NCBI RefSeq assembly: GCF_009914755.1
Contig: NC_060946.1
Origin: the human T2T-CHM13v2.0 reference genome, Homo sapiens
DNA: 64,000 nucleotides
Strand: one strand, 5' to 3'
Part shown: positions 1 to 16,800 of the stretch, one piece after another
Position numbering within the stretch: position 1 is the stretch's first letter
Layout: each line of letters begins with the position of its first letter
The notes under the pieces: model-generated
What the model was told of the DNA's origin: nothing
The model's input: the letters and a program-made list of their open reading frames with translations, nothing else
Databases searched by the model: none
Program-made: the position numbers and the translations under genes

Positions 1-3000
1 TGTTTCAAAACTGCTCTACCAAAAGAAAGGTTCAACACTGTGAGGTGAATGCACACATCACAAAGAAGATTCTCAGAATGCCTCCATGTAGTTTTTATTT
101 CAAGATATTTCCTTTTCCTCCATAGGCTGAAAAGGGCTCCAAATATCTACTTGCAGATTATACAAAAAGAGAGATTCAAAACTACTGAATCAAAAATAGG
201 TTTAACTCTGTGTTATGAATGCACTCATCACAATGAAGTTTCTCAGAATGATTCTGTGTAGTTTTTATATGAAGATAGTTCATTTTATTCAATAGACCTC
301 AAAGCACTCCAAATATCCACTTGCAGTTTCTACAAAAAGAGTGTCTCAAAACTGCTCAATGATAAGATAGGTTCAACTCTGTGACAAGAATGCACACATC
401 ACAAAGAATTTTCTCAGAGTCCTTCTGTGTAGTTTTTATGTGTAGATATTTACTTTTACACCATAGACTTCAAAACACTCCAAATATCCACTTGCAGATT
501 CTACAAAAAGAGTGATCCCAAACTGATCAAACAAAAGAAATGTTCAACTCTGTCAGATGAATGCACACATCACAAAGAACTTCCTCAGAATGCTTCTGTG
601 TAATTTTTCTGTGAAGATATTTCCTTTTCCACAATAGGCCTCAAAGCGCTCCAAATATCCACTTGCAGACTCTACAAAAAGAATGTGAAAACTGCTCAAT
701 CAACAGAAAGGTTCAACTCTGTGAGATGAATGCATACATGACAAAGAAGTTTCTCAGAATGTTTCCGTGTAGTTTTTTTGTGATGATATTTCCTTTTCCA
801 CAATAGGCACCAAAGCGCTCCAGATATCCACTTTCAGATTCTACAAACAGAGGGTTTCAAAACTGCTCAATCAAAAGATAGGTTCAAGTGTGTGAGATGA
901 ATGCACACAACAACAAGAAGTTTCTCAGAATATTTCTCTGTAGTTTTCATTTGAAGATATCTCCTTTTCCACCATTGGCTGCAAAGGGCTCCAAACTTCC
1001 ACTTGCAGATTCTACAAAAAGAGAGATTCAAAACTGATCAATCAAAGGTAGCTTCAACTCTGTGAGTTTAATGCACACATCACAGAAAAGTTTCTCAGAA
1101 TGCTTCTGTGTAGTTTTTATGTAAAGATGTTTCCTTTTGCACCATATGCCACAAAGGCCTCCAAATACCCATTCCAGATTCTTCAAAAAGAGAGTTTCAA
1201 AACAGCCCAATCAAAAGATAGGTTCAACTCCGTGAGATGAATGCACACATCACAAAAACTTTCTCAGAATGCTTCTGTGAAGTTTTTATATGATGATATT
1301 TCTTTTTCCACCACAGGCCGCAAAGGGCTCCAAATATACTCTTGCAGATTCCACAGAGAGACTCAAAACTGCTCAATCAAAAGATAGATTCAACCCTGTG
1401 AGTTGAATGCACAGATCACAGAGAAATTTCTCAGAATGTTTTTGTGTAGTTTTTATGTAAAGATATTTCCTTTTCCACTGGAGGGCTCAAAGCACTACAA
1501 ATATCAACTTGCACATTCTGCAAAAAGAGTGTTTCCAAACTGCTCAATCAAAAGAAACGTTCAACACTCTGAGATGAATGCACACATCACAAAGAAGTTT
1601 CTCAAAATTCTTCTGTGTAGTTTTTATGTGAAGATATTTCCTTTTCCTTATTAGGCCACAAAGGGCTCCCAATATCTACTTGCAGATTATTGAAAAATAA
1701 TCTCAATCAAAAAATAGGTTCAATTCTGTGAGTTGAATGAATACATCACAGAGAAGTTTCTCAGAATGCTTCTGTGTACTTTTTATGAGAAGATATTTCC
1801 TTTTCTACCATAGGCCACAAAATGCTCCAAATATACCCTGGAGGATTACAGAAAAAGAGAGTTTCAAACTGCTCAATCAAAAGAAAGGTGCAAATCTGTG
1901 AGATGAATGCTCACATTACAAAGAGGTTTGTCACAATAGTTTTGTGTAGTTTTTATGTGAAGGTATTTCCTTTTCCACCATAGTCCTCAAAGTGCTCCAA
2001 ATATTAAATTGCAAATTCTACAAAAAGAGTGTTTCCAAACTGCTCAAACTAAAGAAAGGTTCAACTCTGTCAGATGAATGCACACATCACATAGAAGTTT
2101 CTCAGAATGTTTCTGTATAGTTTTTATGTGAAGATATTTCCTTTTCCACAATAGGCCTTAAAGCGCTCCAAATATCCAACTGCAGATTCTACAAAAAAAG
2201 TGTCTCAAAACTGCTGAATCAACAGAAAATTTCAAATCTGTGAGATGAATGCATACGTCACAAAGAAATTTCTCAGAATGTTTCTGTGTAGTTTTAAAGT
2301 GAAGATATTTCCTTTTACACCAGAGGCCGCAAATGGCTCCAAATATCCACTTGCAGGTTCTACAAAAAGAGAGTTTCAAAACTTCTTAATCAAACGATAG
2401 GTTCAACTCTGGGAGGTGAATCCACACGTCACAAAGAAGTTTCTCAGAATGACTCTGTGTATTTTTCATGTGATGACACTTTCTTTACCACCATAGGACT
2501 CAAAACCCTCCAAATGCCCACGTACAGATTCTACAAAAGAAGTGTTTCCAAACTGCACAATCAAAAGAAAAGTTCAACGTTGTGAGATAAATGCACACAT
2601 CACAAAGAAGTTTCTCAGGATGCTTCTGTGTAGTTTTTATGTGAGGATATTTCCTTTTACACCATAGGCTGCAAAGGATTCCCAATATCCTCTTGCAGAT
2701 TCTACAAAAAGAGAGTTTCAAAACTGCTGTATCAAAAGATAGGTTCAACTCTGTGACTTGAATACAAACATAACAAAGAAGTTTCTCAGAATGCTTCTGT
2801 GAAGTTTTTACGTGAAGATATTTCCTTTTCCATCATAGGCCACATAGCGCTCCAAATATCCATTTGCGGATTCTAGAAAAACAGTGTTTCCAAGCTGCAC
2901 AACCGAAAGAAATGTTCAACTCCTTGAGATTAATGCACACATCGCAAAGAAGTTTCTCAGAATGCTTCTGGGTAGTTTTTATGTGACGATATTTTCTTTT

Positions 3001-4684
3001 CCACAATAGGCCTCAAAGAACTCCAAATATCCACTTGCAGATTCTACAAAAGAAAGTTTCAAAACTAGTCCATCAAAAGATAGGTTTAGCTCTGTGAGTT
3101 GAATGCACACATCACAAAGAAGTTTCTCAGAATGCTTTTGTGTAGTTTTTATGTAAAGATATTTTCTTTTCCGCCATAGGCCTCAAATCCCTCCAAATAT
3201 TCACTTGCAGATTCCATAAAAAGAGTGTTTCTAAACTGTCCAAACAAAAGAAAGGTTGAAGTCAGTCAGATGAATTCGCAAATCGCAAAGAAGTTTCTCA
3301 GAATGATTCTGAGTACTTTTTACGTGAAGATATTAACTTTTCCACAGTAGGCCTCAAAGCCCTCCAAATATCCACATGATCATTCTACAAAAAGGGTATT
3401 TCATAACTGCTCAATCAAAAGAAAGTTTCTACTCTGTGAGATGAATGTACACATCACAAAGAAGTTTCTCAGAATGCTTCTGTGTAGTTTTTATCTGAAG
3501 ATATTTCCTTTTCCACCATAGGCCACAAATGGCTCAAAATATCCACTTGCAGATTGCACAAAAAGACAATTTCAAAGCTGCTCAATCCAAAGATATGTTC
3601 AAATCTGTGAGTTGAATGCACACATTACAAATAAGTTTCTCAGAATCCTTCTTTGTAGTTTTTATGTGAAGATATTTCCTTTTCCACCGTAGGCCTCAAA
3701 ACCCTCCAAATATCCACTTTCACATTCCACAAAAAGAGCGTTTCAAAACTGCTCAATCAAAAGAAAAATTCAACTCTGTGAGATGAATGCACACATCACA
3801 AAGCAGTTTTTCAGAATGCTCCTGTGTAGTGTTTATCTGAAGATATTTCCTTTTCCACCATAAGCCTCAAAGGGCTCCAAATATCCACTTGCAGATTCTA
3901 CAAAAAGAGTGTTTCCAAACTGCTCAGACAAAGAAAGTTTCAACTCTGTCAGATGAATGCACACATCACAAAGAAGCTTCTCAGAATGCTTCTGTGTAAT
4001 TTTTATGTGAAGATATTTCCTTTTCCACAATAGTCCCCAAAGCGTTCCAAATATCCACTTGCAGATTCTATAAAAAAAAGTTTCCAAACTGCTCAATCAA
4101 AAGAAAGGTTCAAGTCTGTGAGATGAATGCACCCTTCACAGAGAAGTTTCTCAGAATGCTTCTGTGTAGTTTTTTTGTGAAGATATTTCCTTTTACACCA
4201 TAGGCCCAAAGGGCTCCATATATCCACTTGCAGATTCTATGAAAAGACAGTTTCAAAATTGCTCTCTAAAAAGACAGGTTCAACTCTGTGAGTTGAATAC
4301 ACAATAACAAAAATGTTTCACAGAATGCTTCTGTGAAGTTTTTATGTGACGATATTTCGTTTTCCACAATAGGCCACATAGCACTCCAAGTATCCACTTG
4401 CAGATTCCACAAAAACAGTGTTTCAAGCTGCACAATCAAAAGAAATATTCAACTCTGCGAGATGAATGCACACATCACCAAGAAATTTCTCAGAACGCTT
4501 CTGTGTAGATTTTATGTGAAGATGTTTCCTTTTGCACTATAGGCCTCAAAGGGCTCCATATATCCACTTCCAGATTCAACAAAAATATATTTTCAAAACT
4601 GTTCAATCAAAAGATATGTTCAACTCTGAGAGTTGCATGCATTCATCGCAAAGAAGTTTCTCAGAGTACTGTGGTGTAGTTTTT
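1..4684 (-). repeat. Alpha satellite, divergent monomeric, outer layer X
   Basis: ~171-bp tandem units with CACATCACAAAGAAGTTTCTCAGAATG / AAATATCCACTTGCAGATTCTACAAAAAGAG (reverse complement of the alpha consensus); TGTGTAG and AATATCC variants. Confidence 0.98.
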
Positions 4685-4907
4685 TTTTAATTTATTTTAT
4701 TTTATTATTATTATACTTTAAGTTTTAGGGTACATGTGCACATTGTGCAGGTTAGTTACATATGTCTACATGTGCCATATTGGTGTGCTGCACACATTAA
4801 CTCGTCATTTAGCATTAGGTATAACTCCTAATGCTATCCATCCCCCCTCCCCCCACCCCACATCAGAGTGTGATGTTCCCCTTCCTGTGTCCATGTGTTC
4901 CCATCGC

Positions 4908-8729
<3,822 letters not shown>

Positions 8730-8792
8730 TATGATGTTTGCTGGTTATTTTGCTCGTTAGTTGATGCAGTTTCTTACTAGCTACAGTGGACT

Positions 8793-9804
8793 TTACAATT
8801 TGGCATGATTTTGCAGTGGCTGGTACTGGTTGTTTCTTTCCATGTTTAGTGCTTCCTTCAGGAGCTCTTTTAGGGCAGGCCTGGTGGTGACAAAATCTCT
8901 CAGCATTTGCTTGTCTGTAAAGTATTTTATTTCTCCTTCACTTATGAAGCTTAGTTTGGCTGGATATGAAATTCTGGGTTGAAAATTCTTTTCTTTAAAA
9001 ATGTTGAATATTGGCCCACACTCTCTTCTGGCTTGTAGAGTTTCTGCCAAGAGATCTGCTGTTAGGCTGATGGGCTTCCCTTTGAGGGTAACTCCACCTT
9101 TCTCTCTGGCTGCCCTTAACATTTTTTCCTTCATTTCAACTTTGGTGAATCTGACAATTATGTGTCTTGGAGTTGCTCTTCTCGAGGAGTATCTTTGTGG
9201 CATTCTCTGTATTTTCTGAATCTGAATGTTGGCCTGCCTTGTTAGATTGGGGAAGTTCTCCTGGATAATATCCTGCAGAGTGTTTTCCAACTTGGTTCCA
9301 TTCTCCACATCACTTTCAGGTACACCAATCAGACATAGATATGGTCTTTTTACATAGTCCCATATTTCTTGGAGTCTTTGTTCATTTCTTTTTATTTTTT
9401 CTCTAAACTTCCCTTCTCACTTTATTTCATTCATTTCATCTTCCATCACTGATACCCTTTCTTCCAGTTGATCGCATCGGCTCCTGAGGCTTCTGCATTC
9501 TTCACGTAGTTCTGGAGCCTTGGCTTTCAGCTCCATCAGCTCCTTTAAGCACTTCTCTATGTTGGTTATTCTAGTTATACATTCGTCTAAATTTTTTCAA
9601 AGTTTTTAACTTCTTTACCTTTGGTTTGAATTTCCTCCTGTAACTCGGAGTAATTTGATCGTCTGAAGCCTTCTTCTCTCAGCTCGTCAAAGTCATTCTC
9701 CATCCAGCTTTGTTCCATTGCTTGTGAGGAACTGCATTCCTTTGGAGGAGGAGAGGCACTCTGCTTTTTAGAGTTTCTAGTTTCTCTGCTCTGTTTTTTC
9801 CCAT
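8793..9804 (-). pseudogene. L1 ORF1 (RNA-binding protein), disrupted
   Basis: ATG GGA AAA AAA CAG at 9804; C-terminal 171 aa open (LQDIIQENFPNL...YPAKLSF...RDFVTTRPAL); N-terminal half not in an open frame. Confidence 0.93.
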
Positions 9805-9934
9805 CTTTGTGGTTTTATCTACTTTTTGTTTTTGATGATGGTGATATACAGATGGGTTTTTAGTGTGGATGTCCTTTCTGTTTGTTAGCTTTCCTTCTAA
9901 CAGACAGGACCCTCAGCTGCAGGTCTGTTGGAGT

Positions 9935-10062
9935 TTGCTAGAGGTCCACTCCAGATCCTGTTTGCCTGGGTGTCAGCAGCGGTGACTGCAGAACAGCGGA
10001 TTTTCATGAACCACAAGCGCTGCTGTCTGATCTTTGCTCTGGAAATTTTGTCTCAGAGGAGT
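9935..10062 (-). promoter_or_regulatory. ~129-bp L1 5'UTR segment carrying the ZNF93 (KRAB-ZFP) binding region
   Basis: Segment TTGCTAGAGGTCCACTCCAG...TCTCAGAGGAGT, flanked by GGAGT repeats (9930-9934, 10058-10062). Present in L1PA4/early L1PA3 and deleted in L1PA2/L1HS. Confidence 0.75.
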
Positions 10063-10386
10063 ACACGGCAGTGTGAGGTGTCAGTCTGACCCTACTGGGG
10101 GGTGTCTCCCACTTAGGCTGCTCGGGGTTCAGGGGTCAGGTACCCAATTGAGGAGGCAGTCTGCCCATTCTCAGATCTCCAGCTGTGTACTGGGAGAACC
10201 ACTGCTCTCTTCAAAGCTGTCAGACAGGGACATTTAAGTCTGCAGAGGTTACTGCTATCTTTTTGTTTGTCTGTGCCCTGCCCCCAGAGGTGGAGCCTAC
10301 AGAGGCAGGCAGGCCACCGAAAGCTGTGGTGGGCTACACCTACTTCGAGTTTCCAGCAGCTTTGTTTACCTAAGCAATCCTGGGCA

Positions 10387-10602
10387 ATGGGGGTGCCCCA
10401 CTCCCAGCCTCACTGCCACCTTGTAGTTTGATCACAGACTGCTGTGCTAGCAATCAGTGAGACACCGTGGACGTAGGACGCTCCAAGCAAGATGTGGGAT
10501 ATAATCTCCTGGTGCGCCATTTTTTAAGCCCGTTGAAAAAGTACAGTATTAGTGTGGGAGTGACCAGATTTCCCAGGTGCAATCTGTCGCTCCTTTATTT
10601 GA
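10387..10602 (+). pseudogene. L1 antisense ORF0 remnant
   Basis: ATG at 10387 followed by an early frameshift and a CGA>TGA change. Downstream frame VGYNLLVRHFLSPLKKYSISVGVTRFPRC matches the ORF0 C-terminal half as I recall it. Confidence 0.7.
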
Positions 10603-10850
10603 CTAAGAAAGGGAACTCCCTAACCACTTGCACTTCCCAAGTGAGGAAATGCCTCGCTCTGCTTCTGCCCACACATGGTACGCTGCACCCACTATCCTGC
10701 GCCCACTGTCTGGCACTTCCTAATGAGATGAACCAGGTATCTCAGATGGAAATGAAGAAATCTCCCAACTTCTGTGTCACTCAGGCTGGGAGCTGTAGAA
10801 CAGAGCTGTTTCTATTTGGCCATCTTGACTGCCACCTCATTTGCCAGTTG

Positions 10851-13800
10851 GCTTCTGTGTAGTTTTTATGTGAAAATATTTCCCTTTCCACCATAGGCCA
10901 CAAAGGGCTCCAAACATCCACTTGTAGATACTACAAAAAGAGTGTTTCCAAACTGCTCAATCAAAAGAAAGGTTCAACTCTGTGAGATGAAGGCACACAT
11001 CACAAAGAATTTCCTCAGAAATCTTTTTTGTAGTTTTTATGTGAAGGTATGTCCTTTTCCACCGTAGGTGGCAAAGGGCTCCAAATATCCTCTTGCAGAT
11101 TCTACAAAAAGAGAGATTCAAAACTGCTCAATGAAAAGATAGTTTCAACTCTGTTACTTTAATGCACACTTAACAGAGATGTTTCTCAGAATGCTTCTTT
11201 GTAGTTTTTATGTGAAGATATTTCCATTTCCACCATAGGCCTCAAAGAGCTCCAAATATCCACTTGCAGATTCTACAAAAAGAAAGTTTTAAAACTGCTG
11301 AATGAAAACAAAGGTTCAACACTGTGATATGAATGCACACATCACACAGAACTTTCTCAGAATGATTCTGTGCAGCTTTAATGTGAAGATATTTCCTTTT
11401 CCACAATAGGAACCTAAGCGCTCCAAATATCAACTTGCAGATTCTACAAAAAGAGTTTTTCAAAACTGCTCAATCAAAAGAAAGGTTCAACTCTGTGAGA
11501 TGAATGCACACTTCACAAAGAGGTTTCTCGGAATGCTTCTGTGGAGATTTCATGTGAAGATATTTTCTTTTCAACTATAGGCCTCAAAGTGCTCCAATTA
11601 TCCACTTGCAGATTCTACAGAGTGTTTCAAAACTTGTAAACGAAAAGGAAGATTCATCTCTGTGAGATGAATGCACACATCACCACGAAGTTTCTCAGAA
11701 TGCTTCCATGTAGTTTTTAGTTGAAGATATTCCCATTTCCACCATTGGCCACAAATGGCTCCAAATATCCACTTGCAGATTCTACAAAAAGAGAGTTTCA
11801 AAACTGTTCAATGAAAAAATAGGTTCAACTCCATGAGTTGAATGCACACATCACAGAGAAGTTTCTCAGAAAGCTTCTGTGTAGTTTTTATGTGAAGATA
11901 TTTCTTTTATACAATGGGCCTCAAAGTGCTCCAAATATTCACTTGCAGATACTTCAAAAAGATTGTTTCAAAACTGCTCAATCAAAAGAAAGGTTCATCC
12001 CTGTGAGATGAATGCACAGATCACAAAGAAGTTTCTCAGAATACTTCTGTTTGTTTTTTATGTGAAGGCATTTCCTTTTCCACAATAGGCCACAAAAGGC
12101 TAGAAATATCCACTTGCAGATAATAGAAAAAGACAGTTTCAAAATGGCTCAATCAAAAGATAGGTTCGAATCTGTGAGTTGAATGCACACATCACAAAGG
12201 AATTTCTCAGAATACTTCTGTGTAGTTTTCATGTGAAGGCATTTCTTTTTCCACCATAGGCCTCAAAGGGCTCCAAATATACACCTGCAGATACTATAAA
12301 AAGAGAGTTTCAAAACTGCTCATCAAAAGTTAGATTCACATCAGTGAGTTGAATTCACACATCACAAAGAAGTTTCTCAGAATGCTTCTGTGTGGTCTTT
12401 AAGTGAAGATATTTTCTTTTCCACAATAGGCCTCAAAGCGTTCCAAATATCCACTTGCAGATTATACAAAAACAGTGTTTCAATACTGCTCAATCAAAAA
12501 AAGGTTCAACTCTGTGAGATGAATGCACACATCACAAAGAATTTTCTCAGAATGCTTCTGTATATTTTTTATGTGAAGATATTTCGTTTTCCAAAATAGG
12601 CCTCAAAGCCCTCCAAATAGCCACTTGCAGATTCTACAAAGAGAGTGTTTCAAAACTGCTCAAACAAAATAAAAGTTCAACTGTGTGAGATAAATGCACA
12701 CATCAAAAAGAAGTTTCTCAGAATGCTTCTGTGTAGTTTTTATGTAAATATATTTGTGTTCAACTGTTGGCCTCAAAGTGCTCCAAATATCCACTTGCAT
12801 ATTCTACAATTGGAGTGTTTCAAAACTACTCAATCAAAAGAAAAGTTCAACTCTGTGAGATGAATGCACACATCACAAAGAAGTTTCTCAGAATGCTTCT
12901 GTGTAGTTTTTATGTGAAGATATTTCCTATTCCACTGTAGGCCTCAAAGCGCTCCAAATATCCTCTTGCAGATTCTACAAAAAGAGTGTTACAAAACTGC
13001 TCAATCAAAAGAAAGTTTCAACTCTGTGAGATGAAAGCACACATCACAAAGAATTTTCTCAGAATGCTTCTGTGTAGTTTTTACATGAAGATATTTCCTT
13101 TTTCAAAACAGGCCTCAAAGCCCTCCAAATATCCACTTGCAAATTCTACAAAAAGTGTGTTTCAAAACTGCTCAATAAAAAGAAAGGTTCAACTCTGTAA
13201 GATGAATACACACATCACAAAGAAGTTTCTCAGAATGCTTCTGTGTAGTTTTTATGTAAATATATTTGCTGTTCAACTGTTGGCCTCAAAGAGCTCCAAA
13301 TATCCACTTGCATATTCTACAAATAGAGTGTTTCAAAACTGCTGAATTATAAAATAGGTTCAAACCTGTGAGATGAATGCACACATCACAAAGAAGTTTC
13401 TCAGAATGCTTCTGTGTAGTTTTTATGTGAAGATATTTCCTTTTCCACAATAGGCCTCAAAAGGCCCCAAATATCCACTTGCAGATTCTACAAATAGAGT
13501 GTTTCATAACTGCTAAATCATAAGATAGTTTCAAATCTGTGAGATAAATGCACACATCACAAATAAGTTTATCAGGATACTTTTGTGTAGTTTTTATGTT
13601 AAGATTTTTCGTTTTCCACAATAGGCCTCAAAGCACTCCAAATATCCACTTGTGGATTCTACAAAAAGATTGTTTCAATACTGCTCAATCATAAGACAGG
13701 TTCAACTGTGTGAGATGAATGCAGACATCACAAAGAAGTTTCCCAGAATGCTTCTGTGAAGTTTTTATGTGACGATATTTGCTTTTCCACAGTAGGCCTC

Positions 13801-16800
13801 AAAACGCTCCAAATATCCACTTGAAGATTCTACAAAAACAGTGTTTCAAAACTGCTGAATCACAAGATAGGTTCAACTCTGTGAGTTGAATGCACACATA
13901 ACAAAGAAGTTCCTCAGAATGCTTCTGGGTAGTTTTTATTTGAAGATATTTCCTTTTCCTCCAAAGGCTGCAAAGGGCTCCAAATGTCTACTTGTGGATT
14001 GTACAAAAAGAGGGATTCATAACTGCTCAAAGAAAAGATAGGTTCACCTCTGTGAGTTTAATGCACATATCAAAAAGAAGTTTCTCAGAATGCTTCTGTG
14101 TAGTTTTTATTTGAAGATATTTCCTTTTCCACCTTAGGCCACAAAGGGCTCCAAATATCTGCTTGCAGATTCTACAAAAAGATGTTTCAAAACTGCTCAA
14201 TCAAAAGAAATGTTCAACTCTGTGAGATGAAGGCACACATCTCAAAGAAGTTTCTCAGAATGCCTCTGTGTTGTTTTTATGTGAAGATATTTTCTTTTTC
14301 AGAGTAGGCCTCAATTGCTCCAAATATCCACTTGCAGATGCTACAAAAAGAGGGTTTCCAAACTGCTCAATCAAAAGAAATATTCAACTCTGTGAGAGGA
14401 ATGCACATATCACAGGGAAGTTTCCCAGAAATCTTCTGTGTAGTTTTTATGTGAAGATATTTCCTTTTCCACAGTAGGCCTCAAAACGCTCCAAGTATCC
14501 ACTTACAGATTCTACAAAGAGAGTGTTTCAAAACTGCTCAATCAAATGAAAGGTTCACCTCTGTGAGTTGAATGTACATATCATGAAGAAGTTTCTCTGA
14601 ATGCTTCTGTGTACCTTTTCTTTGAAGATATTTCCTTTTCATTCATAGGCCAAAAAGGGCACCAAATATCCAGTTGCAGATTCTACAAAGAGAGATTAAA
14701 TACTGCCCAATCAAAAGATAGTTTCAACCATGTGAGTTGAATGCACACATCATGAAGAAGTTTATCAGAATGCCTCAGTGTAGTTCTTATGTGAAGATAT
14801 TTGTTCTTCCACAGTAGGCCTCAAAACGCTCCGAATATCCACTTGCAGATACTATGAAAACAACGTTTCAGAATTGCGCAATCAAAAGAAAATTTCAACA
14901 CTGTGAGATGAATGCACACATCACAAATTAGCTTCTCAGAATGCTTCTGTGTAGTTTTGATGTGAAGATATTTCCTTTTCCACAATAGGCCTCAAAGCAC
15001 TCCAAATATCCACTTGCAGATTCTACGAAAACAGCATTTCAAAACTGCTCAATCTAAAGAAAATTTCAACTCTGTGAGATGAGTTCACACATCACAAAGA
15101 AATTTCTCACAATTCCTCCGTGTAGAGTTTATTTAAAGATAATTCCTTTTCCACCATAGGCCGATAAGGGCTCCAAATATCCGGTTGAAGATTCCACAAA
15201 AAGATTCAAAACTGTTCCATTAAGACATTGGTTCAACTCTGTGAGTTGAATGCACACATCACAAAGAAGTTTCTGAGAATTCTTCTGTGTAGTCTTTATG
15301 TGAAGATATTTCCTTCTCCAAAATAAGCCTCAAAACCCTCCAAATATCCACCTGCAGATTCTACAAAAAGAGTGTTTCAAATCTGCTCAATCAAAAGAAG
15401 TTAAAATCTTTATGATGAATGCACACATCATAAAGAAGTTTCTCAGACTGCCTACGTGTAGTTTTTACATGAAGATATTTCCTTTTCCACAATAGGCCTC
15501 AAAGCGCTCCAAATATCCACTTGCAGATTCTACAAAAAGAGTGTTTCAAAACTGCTCTATCAAAAGATAGTTTCAACACTGTGAGTTGAATGTACACATC
15601 ACAAAGAAGTTTCTCAGAATGCTTCTGTGTAGTTTTGATGTGAAGATATTTCCTTTTCCAAAATAGGCCTCAAAGCCCTCCAAATATCCACTTTCAGTTT
15701 CTACATAAAGAGCGTTACAAAACTGTTCAATCAAAAGGAAAGTTTCAACTATGTGTGATGAATGCACTTGTAACAAAGAAATTTCTCAGAAAGATTCTGT
15801 GTAGTTTTTATGTGAAAATATTTCCTTTTCCACAATAGACCTAATAGCGCTGCAAATATTCACTCTCAGATTCTACAAAAAGAGTGATTCGAAACTGTTC
15901 AATCAAAAGATAGGTTCAACTCTGTGAGTTGAATGCACACATCACAAAAAGTTTCTCAGAATGCTTCTGTGTAGTTGTTATGTGAAGATATTTCCTTTTC
16001 CACACTAGGCTTCAAAGCTCTCCAAATATCCAGTTGCAGATTCTGCAAAAAGAGAGATTAAAAACTGCTCCATCAAAATATAGGTTCGATTCCATGAGTT
16101 GAATGCACACATCACAAAGAAGTTTCTCAGAATGCTTCTGTGAAGATTTTTGTGAAGATATTTGCTTTTCCACAGTAGGCCTCAAAGCGCTCCAAATATC
16201 CACTTGAAGATTCTACAAAAACAGTGCTTCAAAACTGCTGAATCATAAGATAGTTTCAACTCTGTGAGTTGAATGCATACATAGCAAAGAAGTTCCTCAG
16301 AATGCTTCTGGGTAGTTTTTATTTGAAGATATTTCCTTTTCCTCCATAGGCCACAAAGGGCTCCAAATGTCCACTTGCAGATCCTACAAAAAGAGGGAAT
16401 CAAAACTGCTCAATGGAAAGATAGGTTCACCTCTGTGAGTTTAATGCACATATCACAAAGTGGTTTCTCAGAATGCTTCTGTGTAGTTTTTATGTGAAGA
16501 TATTTCCTTTTTCAAAATAGGCCACATCGGCTCCAAATAAACACTTGCAGATTCTACAAAAAGAGTGTTTCAAAACTGCTCAATCATAAGATAGGTTCAA
16601 CAATTTGAGATGAAAGCACACATCACAAAGAAGTTTCTCAGAATGCCTCTGTGTAGTTTTTATGTGAAGATGTTTCCTTTTCTACCATATGCTTCAAAGT
16701 GATCCAAACATTCACTTGTAGATACAACAAAAAGAGTGTTTCCAAACTGCTCAATCAAAAGAAAGGTTCAACTCTGTGAGATGAAGGTACACATGACATA

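Larger units (their letters stand above)
9805..10838 (-). promoter_or_regulatory. L1 5'UTR internal promoter (sense and antisense) with YY1 site
   Basis: GC-richer L1PA 5'UTR. YY1 motif CAAGATGGCC intact at 10818-10827 (minus strand). CpGs largely decayed. Activity unknown. Confidence 0.85.
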
